DNA of 25,522 nucleotides from contig JAYEOX010000149.1 in assembly GCA_034723415.1 (NCBI GenBank), positions 7,271 through 32,792 on the forward strand, read 5' to 3'. The DNA comes from Fidelibacterota bacterium (GTDB lineage Bacteria > Fidelibacterota > Fidelibacteria > Fidelibacterales > Fidelibacteraceae). The notes below the pieces were generated by a model, which did no database searches, had not been told where the DNA came from, and saw only the letters and a list, made by a program, of their open reading frames with translations. A program made the position numbers and the translations under genes. Positions 7,321 to 17,105 of this stretch are shown piece after piece. Within the stretch, counting starts at the first letter, position 1; the number at the start of each line of letters is the position of its first letter.

Positions 7321-9073
7321 TTTTCAATCCCAATTCTTTCAGCTGTTTTTCGTCTATAATGTCCGGTGAACCGATCATTAGTGATTGAGCAGTAGTTGTT
7401 TTAGGAAAAGCAATGACTTCACGAATTGTGTCTTCACCTGCAAGAATTGAAACTAAACGATCAAATCCAAATGCAATTCCGCCATGTGGAGGAGCTCCGT
7501 ATTCAAAAGCATCTAATAAAAATCCGAATTTTCTATTTACTTCTTCATCGGAGATATTTAATGCAGAAAATATCCTATTCTGTTTTTCACGTGAATGAAT
7601 ACGAATGCTTCCACCACCAATTTCTTGACCATTAATTACCACATCATAACCGCGTGACTTTACCTTCTCGGGATTGCTTTCCAGATATTTCCAATCTTCT
7701 TCATTTGGCGAAGTAAAAGGGTGATGCATTGATTGGTAGCGATCTTCTTCATCATTATATTCAAATAGAGGAAAATCAGTAACCCACAAGGCAGATATTT
7801 TATTTTTGTCGATCAGTTCCATTTTTTTCCCAAGATATTTTCTGATACTTCCCAAAGCCGTCAACGAAATTTTCCATTTATCGGCCATGAAGAAAACCAG
7901 ATCATTTTCTGTTAATTTCAATTTATCAACAAGTAATTTTCCCGATTTTTCGTCAATGAATTTTGCAATTCCTGATTGAAACTCATTTTTATTGTACTTT
8001 ACATAGGCAAGACCTTTCGCTCCGTATCTTTTTGCCAATTCGGTTAATTCATCAATATTTTTTCTTGAGAATTTTGCTCCGTTCTTTACTTTTAAAGCTC
8101 TAACTACGCCACCATTTTCAATTGCAGAATGAAAAATTTTGAAATTCGTCTGTTTAGCAAAATCTTCCACATTTTCTATTTTCATTTCAAATCTTGTATC
8201 AGGGCTATCGCTTCCATATTTTTCCATTGCTTCATGATATGTCATTTTCGGAAATGGAATTGAAATTTCTTTATCGACCGTATCTTTAAAAATTTGTTTC
8301 AACATTTTTTCTGACACTTTCTGAACATCATTTTCATCAATAAATGACATTTCAATATCGATTTGCGTAAATTCCGGTTGCCTGTCAGCCCTCAGATCTT
8401 CATCGCGAAAACATTTAACTATTTGAAAATATTTATCAAAACCGGAGATCATTAATAACTGTTTAAATGTCTGTGGAGATTGTGGTAATGCATAAAATTT
8501 ACCCTTATTTTCTCTACTTGGTACAACAAAATCCCGCGCTCCTTCAGGTGTTGATTTAATAAAAAATGGTGTTTCTATCTCCATAAATTTTTCATTACTC
8601 AAAAATCCTCTGGTAGATTGCAATGCCTTGTGACGAATCAGAATATTTTTCTGTAATTGTTCTGTTCGCAGATCCAAATATCTATATTTCAATCGTAAAT
8701 TTTCACTTCCGGTTTCACGCTTTTTAATTTCAAAAGGAGTTGTTTTCGATTTATTCAGCATTTCAAAATCCTTTACAACGACTTCAATTTCACCTGTCGG
8801 TATATTTTTATTAACTGAACCCTCCGGTCGCTTATGTACTTCACCTTCCACAGCAATAACATCTTCCATATTCAATTGTTTAACTGTTTTTAGAATATTT
8901 TTTGGCAGATCGTTATCAAATCTTACTTGTATAATTCCGTATCTATCCCTTAGATCGACAAATGTAATTCCACCCAGATCTCGTCTTGTATTTATCCATC
9001 CATTTAATTTTACAATTTCACCAATATTACCTTTTTTTAAATTTCCGCATAATTGATTTCTTTTTATTTTCAT
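7304..9073 (-). CDS. aspS: Aspartate--tRNA ligase (bacterial type, with GAD domain)
   Basis: Motifs RRDLGG..FVDLRD, RLKYRYLDLR, STPEGARDF, ALPQSPQ.FKQLLM, CFRDEDLRADRQPEFTQID.E, HHPFT, GGGSIRIH, GAPPHGG.A.G.DR, FPKT. Confidence 0.98.
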   Translation of the reverse strand: MKIKRNQLCGNLKKGNIGEIVKLNGWINTRRDLGGITFVDLRDRYGIIQVRFDNDLPKNILKTVKQLNMEDVIAVEGEVHKRPEGSVNKNIPTGEIEVVVKDFEMLNKSKTTPFEIKKRETGSENLRLKYRYLDLRTEQLQKNILIRHKALQSTRGFLSNEKFMEIETPFFIKSTPEGARDFVVPSRENKGKFYALPQSPQTFKQLLMISGFDKYFQIVKCFRDEDLRADRQPEFTQIDIEMSFIDENDVQKVSEKMLKQIFKDTVDKEISIPFPKMTYHEAMEKYGSDSPDTRFEMKIENVEDFAKQTNFKIFHSAIENGGVVRALKVKNGAKFSRKNIDELTELAKRYGAKGLAYVKYNKNEFQSGIAKFIDEKSGKLLVDKLKLTENDLVFFMADKWKISLTALGSIRKYLGKKMELIDKNKISALWVTDFPLFEYNDEEDRYQSMHHPFTSPNEEDWKYLESNPEKVKSRGYDVVINGQEIGGGSIRIHSREKQNRIFSALNISDEEVNRKFGFLLDAFEYGAPPHGGIAFGFDRLVSILAGEDTIREVIAFPKTTTAQSLMIGSPDIIDEKQLKELGLKIEPKK

Positions 9074-9195
9074 AACTCCTCATATTTTTAATGTAAAATA
9101 TAAGGAAAAATATCACAAAATTGAATTATTTTCTTAAATAAAATTCAGTTACAAATAATAATTAATTAATCAAACAATTGATATTTTATTAAAAA

Positions 9196-9272
9196 GTGGG
9201 AAAAAATGGAAAAAAATCATTTTTTTCTTGCATCTATATAGGTGATTGTGTAATATTGTAGGAGATTGTGGG
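9196..9272 (+). promoter_or_regulatory. dcw promoter region with MraZ-type GTGG direct repeats
   Basis: 10-bp-spaced boxes ATAGG (9238), GTGTA (9248), GTAGG (9258), GTGGG (9268), plus GTGGG (9196) and ATGGA (9206). They overlap TTGCAT (9228-9233), 17 bp, TAATAT (9251-9256). Confidence 0.7.
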
Positions 9273-9312
9273 AGATACTCCCAACATAGAAAATAATTTG
9301 AGAGGCATTTGA

Positions 9313-9771
9313 ATGTTTATAGACTTTATTGGGCAATTTCAATATAATGTTGATTCCAAAAATAGAGTGAATATTCCATCACGATTTAGAAAATCATTAA
9401 GTGAAAAGGGAATATCGAATTTAGTTATTTCTAAAGGAATAGATGAATTCAGTATAGTGATCTATCCAGAACCGCAATGGGAAAATATGATGAATAAATT
9501 AAACGAATCGCTATCTTCATTAAAGCAAACTCATAAAATGTTTTTAAGACAAATTACGAGATTCGCCTCAAAGTGTCCAATTGATAGTGCCGGAAGAATT
9601 ACATTGACGAATGACCTAATGAAATACGCTAAAATTGAAAAAGAGGTGATAATCGTGGGCACATTAAATAAAATTGAGATCTGGGAACCGGAAATATTGG
9701 AAAAATATGAACAAGAAAATCCATTATCTAAGGAGGATTTTAATTCATTAGCAAATGATATTTTGATTTGA
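9313..9771 (+). CDS. mraZ: Transcriptional regulator MraZ
   Basis: F.G.F...VDSKNRV.IP..FR and second repeat IDSAGRI...IVG....IEIW. First gene of the dcw cluster. Confidence 0.96.
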   Translation: MFIDFIGQFQYNVDSKNRVNIPSRFRKSLSEKGISNLVISKGIDEFSIVIYPEPQWENMMNKLNESLSSLKQTHKMFLRQITRFASKCPIDSAGRITLTNDLMKYAKIEKEVIIVGTLNKIEIWEPEILEKYEQENPLSKEDFNSLANDILI

Positions 9772-9800
9772 TGTTGGATACTAGATACTTGATACTTGAC
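9768..9800 (+). repeat. Degenerate 7-bp tandem repeat TNGATAC, about 4.5 units
   Basis: TTGATGT TGGATAC TAGATAC TTGATAC TTGAC, starting at the mraZ stop codon. Confidence 0.7.
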
Positions 9801-9825
9801 TAATATATGAAAATCGGAATATAAA

Positions 9826-10755
9826 ATGGAAAACGAAATCAAACATATTCCTGTATTGTTAAATGAAGCAGTTGAATATTTAGTAACTGATACTTCGGGA
9901 ATTTATGTTGATGCAACACTTGGATTGGGAGGGCATTCAAAAAAGATATTAGACGAAATTAATAATGATGGTAAATTAGTTGGATTTGAAGTTGACCCGA
10001 AAGCAATTTCAATTAGTTCATCAAAACTTAACAAATTTAAACAATTTACTATTATTAAAAACAATTTTGATAAGATAAAAGTGGAGATTTACGGTTTGGG
10101 ATTTAATAGAGTAGATGGAATATTATATGATCTTGGAACTTCAAATCTGGAATTAAATGATACTGAAAGAGGTTTTGGGTTTTCTAATAAAGGTAATTTG
10201 GATATGAGAATGGATCCAACTTTGAAGAATACTGCTGAAAATATAGTTAATAATTATTCATTAGAAAAATTAAGATCAATATTTTTTAAATATGGTGAAG
10301 AGAGAATGTCAAAACAAATTGCACGAGCTATTGTAGAAGAGAGAGAGAAATACACAATAGATACTACCGAAAAATTAGCAAAAATAGTTGGAAAGTTTTC
10401 TAACTACAAATATCGCAATAAAACCTTGGCACGAATATTCCAAGCGATTCGAATTGAAGTCAATAATGAATTGAATGTTTTACAGAAATCATTGACCGAG
10501 GCGATCAACTTATTGAAAATCGGTGGAAGATTAGTTGTAATTTCTTATCATTCTTTAGAAGACAGAATAGTAAAGAATACAATACAAGAAGCTACAAAAA
10601 ATTGTATCTGTCCTCCTGAAATACCGGTATGCGTATGCGATCATAAAGCTTCATTAAAAAAAATAAATAACAAAATTATCACTCCTACCCTTTCGGAAAT
10701 CAAGAAAAACCCTCAAAGTAGAAGTGCAAAATTAAGAGTAGCTGAGAAAATATAA
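9826..10755 (+). CDS. rsmH: 16S rRNA m4C1402 methyltransferase RsmH (MraW)
   Basis: Motifs HIPVLL.E, DATLGLGGHS, YDLG.S...L....RGF, LDMRMD, YGEE, FQAIRIEVN.EL, ISYHSLEDRIVK, NP.SRSAKLR. Confidence 0.97.
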   Translation: MENEIKHIPVLLNEAVEYLVTDTSGIYVDATLGLGGHSKKILDEINNDGKLVGFEVDPKAISISSSKLNKFKQFTIIKNNFDKIKVEIYGLGFNRVDGILYDLGTSNLELNDTERGFGFSNKGNLDMRMDPTLKNTAENIVNNYSLEKLRSIFFKYGEERMSKQIARAIVEEREKYTIDTTEKLAKIVGKFSNYKYRNKTLARIFQAIRIEVNNELNVLQKSLTEAINLLKIGGRLVVISYHSLEDRIVKNTIQEATKNCICPPEIPVCVCDHKASLKKINNKIITPTLSEIKKNPQSRSAKLRVAEKI

Positions 10756-10760
10756 TTATT

Positions 10761-11093
10761 ATGAGAAAAAATAGAAAAAAAAGCAGATATTCAACTAATA
10801 ACAATTCCTTTGTGATCAAAGTAATTAAAAACAAATGGTTTATGTTCATTTATTTATTGAGCGTTACATTAATAAGTATTGTGTTACATCTATATCTGCA
10901 AAATAAGATCAACGAAACTAAATATTATATAGATCATGCAAAAAAGATGGAACGAAGAACAAAACAAAATATTACTGAACTTAATACAAAAATCACTCAA
11001 TTATCTCGAGCTGATCGAATCCAACAAATAGCAAAAACAAAATTAAACATGATCAATTCAAAGCCACAAGTAGATGTAATAATAATAGAATAA
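10761..11093 (+). CDS. ftsL: Cell division protein FtsL
   Basis: Basic N-terminus, single TM helix, coiled coil ending LSRADRIQQIAKTKLNM. Lies between rsmH and ftsI. Confidence 0.85.
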   Translation: MRKNRKKSRYSTNNNSFVIKVIKNKWFMFIYLLSVTLISIVLHLYLQNKINETKYYIDHAKKMERRTKQNITELNTKITQLSRADRIQQIAKTKLNMINSKPQVDVIIIE

Positions 11094-11096
11094 TTT

Positions 11097-13163
11097 ATGA
11101 CCTCTAAAAAAACAAATAATATCAACGAAAAATATATTGTCAATGCAGGATTGGTAAGTTTGTGTCTTTTTGCATTTGCAATTTTAATAATTTATAATCT
11201 AATAAAGGTCCAAATTTTAGACATAAAATCATTGGCAACTGCTGCCGAAGCACAAGCGGTCATAAAAAAAGTGATTAAACCCGAAAGAGGTTTGATCTAT
11301 GATAGAAACAATAATATTTTAGCAACGAATTTAATTAAATGGGACATTGGAGCAAGATATATTGATCTCAATGATCCGGAAAAAGTGTTCGCATCATTGT
11401 CAAAGGTATTTGGCAATACATCTACATATTATAAAAATATATTTAAGGATAGAAAGAAATATTATAAAATTAAAGATAACATTTCAATAGATACGGTAGA
11501 TAAATTAAAGGAATATGATCTTACAGGAATAAAATATGGAAGAGAAATCGTAAGACATTATCCTTTTCAAGAAATAGTCGGACAAGTTCTTGGGTTTACC
11601 AATTGGAAAAATGAGGGAAAATCAGGTATTGAAAATATTTTTAATAAATACTTATCCGGTAAAGAAGGACTACAAATTGTAAAAAAAGATGTAAAAGGCA
11701 ACACAGTTTCAAGCTACACTTTAAAAAATAAAGAAAAAAAAGATGGTGGTGATCTATTCTTAACAATTGATATTGATTATCAAACAATTTTAGAAAATGA
11801 ATTGAAAAAAGCTTATGATCTTAATGGTCCTGTAAATGCAAGAGGGATGATAGCAAATCCAAATACAGGTGAAATTCTAGCTATGGCCTCCTATCCGAAT
11901 TTTAATCCCAACAATATAACCAGTTCTATTCCATCACAAAGAAGAAATAGAGTTATTTCTGACCAATTCGAACCGGGTTCAATATTTAAAGTAATTCCAA
12001 TTGCTGCCTCTTTAGAATCTCATAAATTGACTCCTTCGAGTATGGTAAATTGTGAAAAAGGAGAATGGAATATTTTTGATCGGACTCTCCATGACACACA
12101 CGAAAACGAGTGGCTATCTTTAAAGCAAATTATAACATTATCATCAAATATTGGTGCTGCTAAAATTGCCAAATTAGAAGGTAATAAATCTATTTACAAA
12201 ACAATTAAAAAATTTGGCTTTGGCGATCCTTGCAACATTTGTTTAAATGCGGAAGTTGCCGGATATCTTAAACCAGTATCACAATGGAAGGAAATTACAT
12301 ATTCACAAATAGCTATGGGACATAATGTTACAACTTCATTATTACAGATGGTAATGGCTTATTGTGCTGTTGCTAATGGCGGACTTTTACTGAGACCATA
12401 CATTGTTAAATCGGCTTACACACCAGAAAATGAACTTGGTTACTCACGTGATGTTACTGTAGTCAGAAGAGCAATATCTAAAAATACTTCTAAAGAATTA
12501 CGGGATATTTTGGAAAATGTGATAATAGAAGGAACCGGAACAAATGCATATATTCCCGGGTACAAAATTGCCGGTAAAACCGGAACAGCTCAGAAAGTAA
12601 TAGAAGGGAAATATTCCAAAACAGAATACATGTCATCTTTTATCGGATTTTTTCCATCAAATAAACCTATTTTAGTATGTGGAATAACATTAGATTCTCC
12701 AACTTACGGAAGACATTGGGGTGGAACTTCTGCGGCTCCTGCCGTAAAAAATGTCTTTACACGCATTATCAACACAACAGATTTTGAAGATCTGTATGAT
12801 TGGATCCGACCTAATAATCAAACTGAATTATCAGAAGACAAAAAAACAGATAGTGAAACAAACACTTCATTTTATACTTCAATAGAAAAAAGAAAAAAGA
12901 AAAATATTCATCAAAAAAGTGTCAATAAAAAAAATATAAAAAGTATCGTTGAACAGAGAGAATCTAATAATAATAAAGTTAAAGTAGTTATGCCGGATCT
13001 GATCGGATGTTCATATAGCCAAGCAAAATATATTCTAACTAAATTTAATTTACAAGTTCGTGCGAATTCGATAACTGGTAAAATTATTGAACAGACACCA
13101 CAACCGGGTGATAAAATATATACTAATTCAGTCTGTCATCTAACTACAAATGGAGATAATTAA
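11097..13163 (+). CDS. ftsI: Class B penicillin-binding protein (FtsI/PBP3) with C-terminal PASTA domain
   Basis: N-terminal TM, RGLIYDRN, R.YP, G.SGIE, LTID, TGEILAMAS.P. Catalytic motifs EPGSIFK (SxxK), SSN (SxN), GKTGTAQ (KTG). PASTA-like VMPDLIG...QTP.PG. Confidence 0.95.
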   Translation: MTSKKTNNINEKYIVNAGLVSLCLFAFAILIIYNLIKVQILDIKSLATAAEAQAVIKKVIKPERGLIYDRNNNILATNLIKWDIGARYIDLNDPEKVFASLSKVFGNTSTYYKNIFKDRKKYYKIKDNISIDTVDKLKEYDLTGIKYGREIVRHYPFQEIVGQVLGFTNWKNEGKSGIENIFNKYLSGKEGLQIVKKDVKGNTVSSYTLKNKEKKDGGDLFLTIDIDYQTILENELKKAYDLNGPVNARGMIANPNTGEILAMASYPNFNPNNITSSIPSQRRNRVISDQFEPGSIFKVIPIAASLESHKLTPSSMVNCEKGEWNIFDRTLHDTHENEWLSLKQIITLSSNIGAAKIAKLEGNKSIYKTIKKFGFGDPCNICLNAEVAGYLKPVSQWKEITYSQIAMGHNVTTSLLQMVMAYCAVANGGLLLRPYIVKSAYTPENELGYSRDVTVVRRAISKNTSKELRDILENVIIEGTGTNAYIPGYKIAGKTGTAQKVIEGKYSKTEYMSSFIGFFPSNKPILVCGITLDSPTYGRHWGGTSAAPAVKNVFTRIINTTDFEDLYDWIRPNNQTELSEDKKTDSETNTSFYTSIEKRKKKNIHQKSVNKKNIKSIVEQRESNNNKVKVVMPDLIGCSYSQAKYILTKFNLQVRANSITGKIIEQTPQPGDKIYTNSVCHLTTNGDN

Positions 13164-13166
13164 TTT

Positions 13167-14630
13167 ATGTTTTTGAAAGAATTATTACATGACATAAAAT
13201 ATAAAGTTACAGCTAATATTGAAAATATAAATATTAATAATATTGAGTATGATTCAAGAAATATCAAACAAGGTGATCTATTCATTGCTATTAAAGGTGA
13301 GAATGTAGATGGACATGATTTTATTAATGATGCAATCGATAAGGGAGCAGTTGCAATAATTGTTACAAAAAAACTGCCAAATATCTCAATACCACAAATA
13401 ATCGTAAAAGATGGCAGAAAAACATTGGCAATAGTATCAAAAAACTTTTTTCACACTGTTTCAAAATATTCTAATATTTGTGGAATTACAGGAACTAACG
13501 GAAAAACATCAACTGCATTAATTTTAAAACATTTGCTTGATATTAACCATCACAACACGGGTTATATTGGAACTTTAGGAATAAAAACATTCAGTAATTA
13601 TAAAAAATCGTTTTTATTAACTACACCTGAAAGTTCGGATATTTATAAAACAATTTCAGCTTTCATAAGTGAAAATATTGACAATACTGTTATTGAGGTT
13701 TCAAGTATCGGTCTTGATCGTGATCGAGTTTTTCAAATACCATTCAAACTCGCATTATTTACGAATTTATCTCAAGATCATTTGGATTATCATAAGACAA
13801 TGAATAAATATTTTAAAGCAAAAGAAAAGTTATTTCATCAAATACAAAGTGGTGGTTTTGGAATAATCAATATAGATGATGAATATGGTAAAAAATTGTA
13901 TGAAAATATTAATGCTCGAAAAATATCATTTTCATTAAATGATCCCAATGCTGATTATTTCTTCAAAAAAATTGATCTTAACATTGACACTACGAAAGGA
14001 ATTATTCAATCACCTTTAGGAAATATAAATATTCAGTTTCCACTGATAGGAAAATTCAATGCTTATAATTTACTTGGAGCTATAGCTTCTCAACTGACAT
14101 TATTTCCTAATGACTATTCAAAAAATATTGAGTTAAATTCACTTCCCCCTATTCCCGGAAGAATGGAAATAATCAAAACAAAACAACACGGCACTGTAAT
14201 TATAGATTTTGCTCATACTCCCGACGCAATGAAAAAAATATTCAACACAATGAATATTATACAAAATTATGTAAATGTAAATGTTGTTTTTGGTTGTGGT
14301 GGAAACAGAGATAAAACCAAGCGACCTATAATGGGACATATCGCAGAAAACAATTCTAATGAAATAATTTTAACAAATGATAATCCCAGAGATGAATCAC
14401 CAATAGAAATAATAAATGATATTATTAAAGGAACAAAAAATAGGAAATCAATTTCCATTATTGAAGATAGAAAAGAGGCAATTTCTGAAATTTTAAACAG
14501 ATCAAAAAAAGGTGATATTATTTTGATACTGGGTAAAGGTGATGAAAGAAATATGGAAATAAATGGTAAAAAAATCCCTTTTGATGATAGAGAAATTATT
14601 AAATCATGGATAAAAGATAATGAAAATTAA
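13167..14630 (+). CDS. murE: UDP-MurNAc-L-Ala-D-Glu--meso-diaminopimelate ligase
   Basis: Motifs YDSR, GITGTNGKTS, TTPE, EVSS, TNLSQDHLDYH, GRME, DFAHTPD, VFGCGGNRD..KR, DNPR (mDAP-specificity motif), GKG.E. Confidence 0.97.
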   Translation: MFLKELLHDIKYKVTANIENININNIEYDSRNIKQGDLFIAIKGENVDGHDFINDAIDKGAVAIIVTKKLPNISIPQIIVKDGRKTLAIVSKNFFHTVSKYSNICGITGTNGKTSTALILKHLLDINHHNTGYIGTLGIKTFSNYKKSFLLTTPESSDIYKTISAFISENIDNTVIEVSSIGLDRDRVFQIPFKLALFTNLSQDHLDYHKTMNKYFKAKEKLFHQIQSGGFGIINIDDEYGKKLYENINARKISFSLNDPNADYFFKKIDLNIDTTKGIIQSPLGNINIQFPLIGKFNAYNLLGAIASQLTLFPNDYSKNIELNSLPPIPGRMEIIKTKQHGTVIIDFAHTPDAMKKIFNTMNIIQNYVNVNVVFGCGGNRDKTKRPIMGHIAENNSNEIILTNDNPRDESPIEIINDIIKGTKNRKSISIIEDRKEAISEILNRSKKGDIILILGKGDERNMEINGKKIPFDDREIIKSWIKDNEN

Positions 14631-15984
14631 AAAAATATTTGATCAACAGAATGTAGAATTCAATAACATTAATTTTGAAAATTTTTACTCTGTTTCTATA
14701 AATTCAAGAGAAATTAAAAAAGGAAATATTTTTTGTGCTCTTCACGGCGAAAATACAAATGGACATAATTATATAAAATCAGCAATAGAAAACGGAGCTT
14801 TGGCAGCAATTGCAGAAAAAAAGGAAATTAATGAAAATACAGATCTTAAAAACTATCCACTGATCATAGTAGATGATTCTTTAGAAGCATTACAAAAAGC
14901 AGCAACTAATTATGGAAAGATCATTAAAGCAAAAATATTTACTATCACCGGAAGTGCTGGGAAAACAACGACAAGAAATTTGATCAGTAAAGTATTAGGA
15001 TCATCATTTTCTGTAACTCATTCTATCAAAAATTATAATAATCATATTGGATTGCCTCTATCAATTTTACAAATAAATGAGAAAGATGATTTTGCTATTA
15101 TTGAAATGGGTGCTAATCATGTTGGTGAAATAGCAGCACTTTGTAAAATAATTAAGCCGAATTACGGATTAATAACTTCTATTTCGGAAGCACATATAGA
15201 AGGATTTGGTTCAATCGAAAATGTTCAAAAGGCAAAATTTGAGTTGTTCGATTCTGTTGATAATAATGGAATTATTTTCATTAATAATGATGATCTTAGG
15301 ATCAGAGAATATAAAAATAATAATTTAAAAAAAATCACTTACAGCATAAAATCGAATGCAGATTATGAATTAAAGATCATTGATTATGATCAATTTGGAA
15401 GATATACTTTAGAATACATGGGGAAAAATATTAAACTTAATTCTATCGGCTATGGAGCCGCTCAAAATGCTGCCGCTGCGTTAACAGTAGGAAAAACACT
15501 TGGATTGTCAACTGATACTATTATAGAGCAAATAGAGAATTATGACACACCGCAGAGCAGAGGAAATATTTTAAAATTAAATGATTACTTTATCATAAAT
15601 GATACTTACAATGCAAATCCGCTATCTATAAATTTAGCAATTAGATCACTTAATGAAATGGATTCAAAAGGTAAAATAATCATGGTATTAGGCGATATGT
15701 TGGAAATGGGCAACTTATCCGAATCAAGTCATAAGAATATCGGGACACAAATTGCAAGATCAAAAATTGACTATCTGTTTTGTTATGGCGATGAAACTAT
15801 AAACACAATTGATAGTGCAAGAAAATACGATATGATGAATGCTATTCACTTTGATGACAAAAAATCCTTAGTTAAAACATTAATTTCTTTGGCAAAGCCG
15901 AATGATATAATTTATATCAAAGGTTCCCGTGGATTAAAGATGGAAACGATCATTGAAGAATTAAAAAAATCGAGGACAAAATAA
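14620..15984 (+). CDS. murF: UDP-MurNAc-tripeptide--D-Ala-D-Ala ligase
   Basis: Motifs ITGSAGKTT, NYNNHIGLP, EMGANH.GEI, AH.EGFG, INDTYNANP, LGDMLE.G, KGSRG. Confidence 0.96.
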   Translation: MKIKKIFDQQNVEFNNINFENFYSVSINSREIKKGNIFCALHGENTNGHNYIKSAIENGALAAIAEKKEINENTDLKNYPLIIVDDSLEALQKAATNYGKIIKAKIFTITGSAGKTTTRNLISKVLGSSFSVTHSIKNYNNHIGLPLSILQINEKDDFAIIEMGANHVGEIAALCKIIKPNYGLITSISEAHIEGFGSIENVQKAKFELFDSVDNNGIIFINNDDLRIREYKNNNLKKITYSIKSNADYELKIIDYDQFGRYTLEYMGKNIKLNSIGYGAAQNAAAALTVGKTLGLSTDTIIEQIENYDTPQSRGNILKLNDYFIINDTYNANPLSINLAIRSLNEMDSKGKIIMVLGDMLEMGNLSESSHKNIGTQIARSKIDYLFCYGDETINTIDSARKYDMMNAIHFDDKKSLVKTLISLAKPNDIIYIKGSRGLKMETIIEELKKSRTK

Positions 15985-17087
15985 TGTTATATCAATTATT
16001 ATATCCATTAAGAGAAAGTATCTCGGGATTAAATCTTTTAAGTTATATTTCATTCAGAAGTGCAGCTGCAGCAATATCTGCATTGTTAATTAGTTTTATT
16101 TTTGGACCGGCAATTATTCGTCTATTAAAAAAATTAAATATTGGTGAAACAATAAGAGCAAATGGTCCCAGTTCTCATATTGCCAAAAAAGGAACTCCAA
16201 CTATGGGCGGATTATTAATCCATTTATCGGTAATCGTTCCAATTCTTCTATGGGCTGATCTATCAAATAAATATATTCAATTATCATTATTTGCAACAAT
16301 TTGGATGGGAGCTATAGGTTTTTTAGATGATTATCTAAAAGTTGTAAAAAAAGTAAAAGAGGGATTAATTGCAAGATATAAACTCTTAGGACAATTTATT
16401 CTTGGATTAATTGTTGCCTTAATAATGTATTATTTACCGGCAATAGATAATTTAAGATCTTGCACCACACTTCCATTTTTAAAAGATACAGTGATCAATC
16501 TTGGATTATTTTATATACCAATAATTATTATTTTTATAACCGGATTTTCTAATGCGGTAAATCTCACAGATGGACTTGATGGTTTGTCTTCCGGGCTTTT
16601 GGCTATTGTTGCATTTGTTTTTGCAGCAATTGCTTACATTACAGGTAGAATAGATTTCAGTAATTATTTAAATATTTTATATCTTCCGGGAGCAGGAGAA
16701 TTAGCTGTATTTTTATCAGCAATGATCGGTGGAATGTTAGGATTTCTATGGTTTAATGCAAAACCGGCGGAAATATTTATGGGCGATGTCGGTTCGTTGG
16801 CTTACGGTGCTACCATCGGAACAATTGCAGTATTATTAAAAAAAGAAGTTCTGCTTATCATTATTGGGGGTATTTTTGTAATTGAAGCAATAAGTGTAAT
16901 TCTACAAGTTTCGTATTTTAAATTCACTTTACGAAAAAGAGGGAAAGGTAAAAAATTATTTAAAATGGCACCAATTCATCATCACTTTGAGTTAAAAGGT
17001 TGGGCAGAATCAAAAATCGTTATTCGATTTTGGATATTGGGAATATTATTAGCATTAATTTCATTAGCAACATTTAAAATTAGGTAA
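15984..17087 (+). CDS. mraY: Phospho-MurNAc-pentapeptide transferase
   Basis: Motifs KKGTPTMGG, IGFLDDY.K, SNAVNLTDGLDGL, FN..PA.IFMGD.GS, E..SVILQV, MAPIHHHFE..GW.E. TAATG overlap with murF. Confidence 0.98.
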   Translation: MLYQLLYPLRESISGLNLLSYISFRSAAAAISALLISFIFGPAIIRLLKKLNIGETIRANGPSSHIAKKGTPTMGGLLIHLSVIVPILLWADLSNKYIQLSLFATIWMGAIGFLDDYLKVVKKVKEGLIARYKLLGQFILGLIVALIMYYLPAIDNLRSCTTLPFLKDTVINLGLFYIPIIIIFITGFSNAVNLTDGLDGLSSGLLAIVAFVFAAIAYITGRIDFSNYLNILYLPGAGELAVFLSAMIGGMLGFLWFNAKPAEIFMGDVGSLAYGATIGTIAVLLKKEVLLIIIGGIFVIEAISVILQVSYFKFTLRKRGKGKKLFKMAPIHHHFELKGWAESKIVIRFWILGILLALISLATFKIR

Positions 17088-17105
17088 ATCTTCATTTGAA
17101 AAATT

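Noticed and set aside
1131..7635. Short alternative-frame or antisense ORFs (1131..1313, 2894..3097, 3032..3253, 5159..5398, 6182..6424, 6719..6952, 7413..7598, 7426..7635)
   Set aside because: All are nested within well-supported longer genes and show no recognisable motifs.
12800..12980. Lys/Asn-rich low-complexity segment in FtsI as an insertion or intein
   Set aside because: No intein motifs; consistent with an ordinary disordered linker before the PASTA domain.
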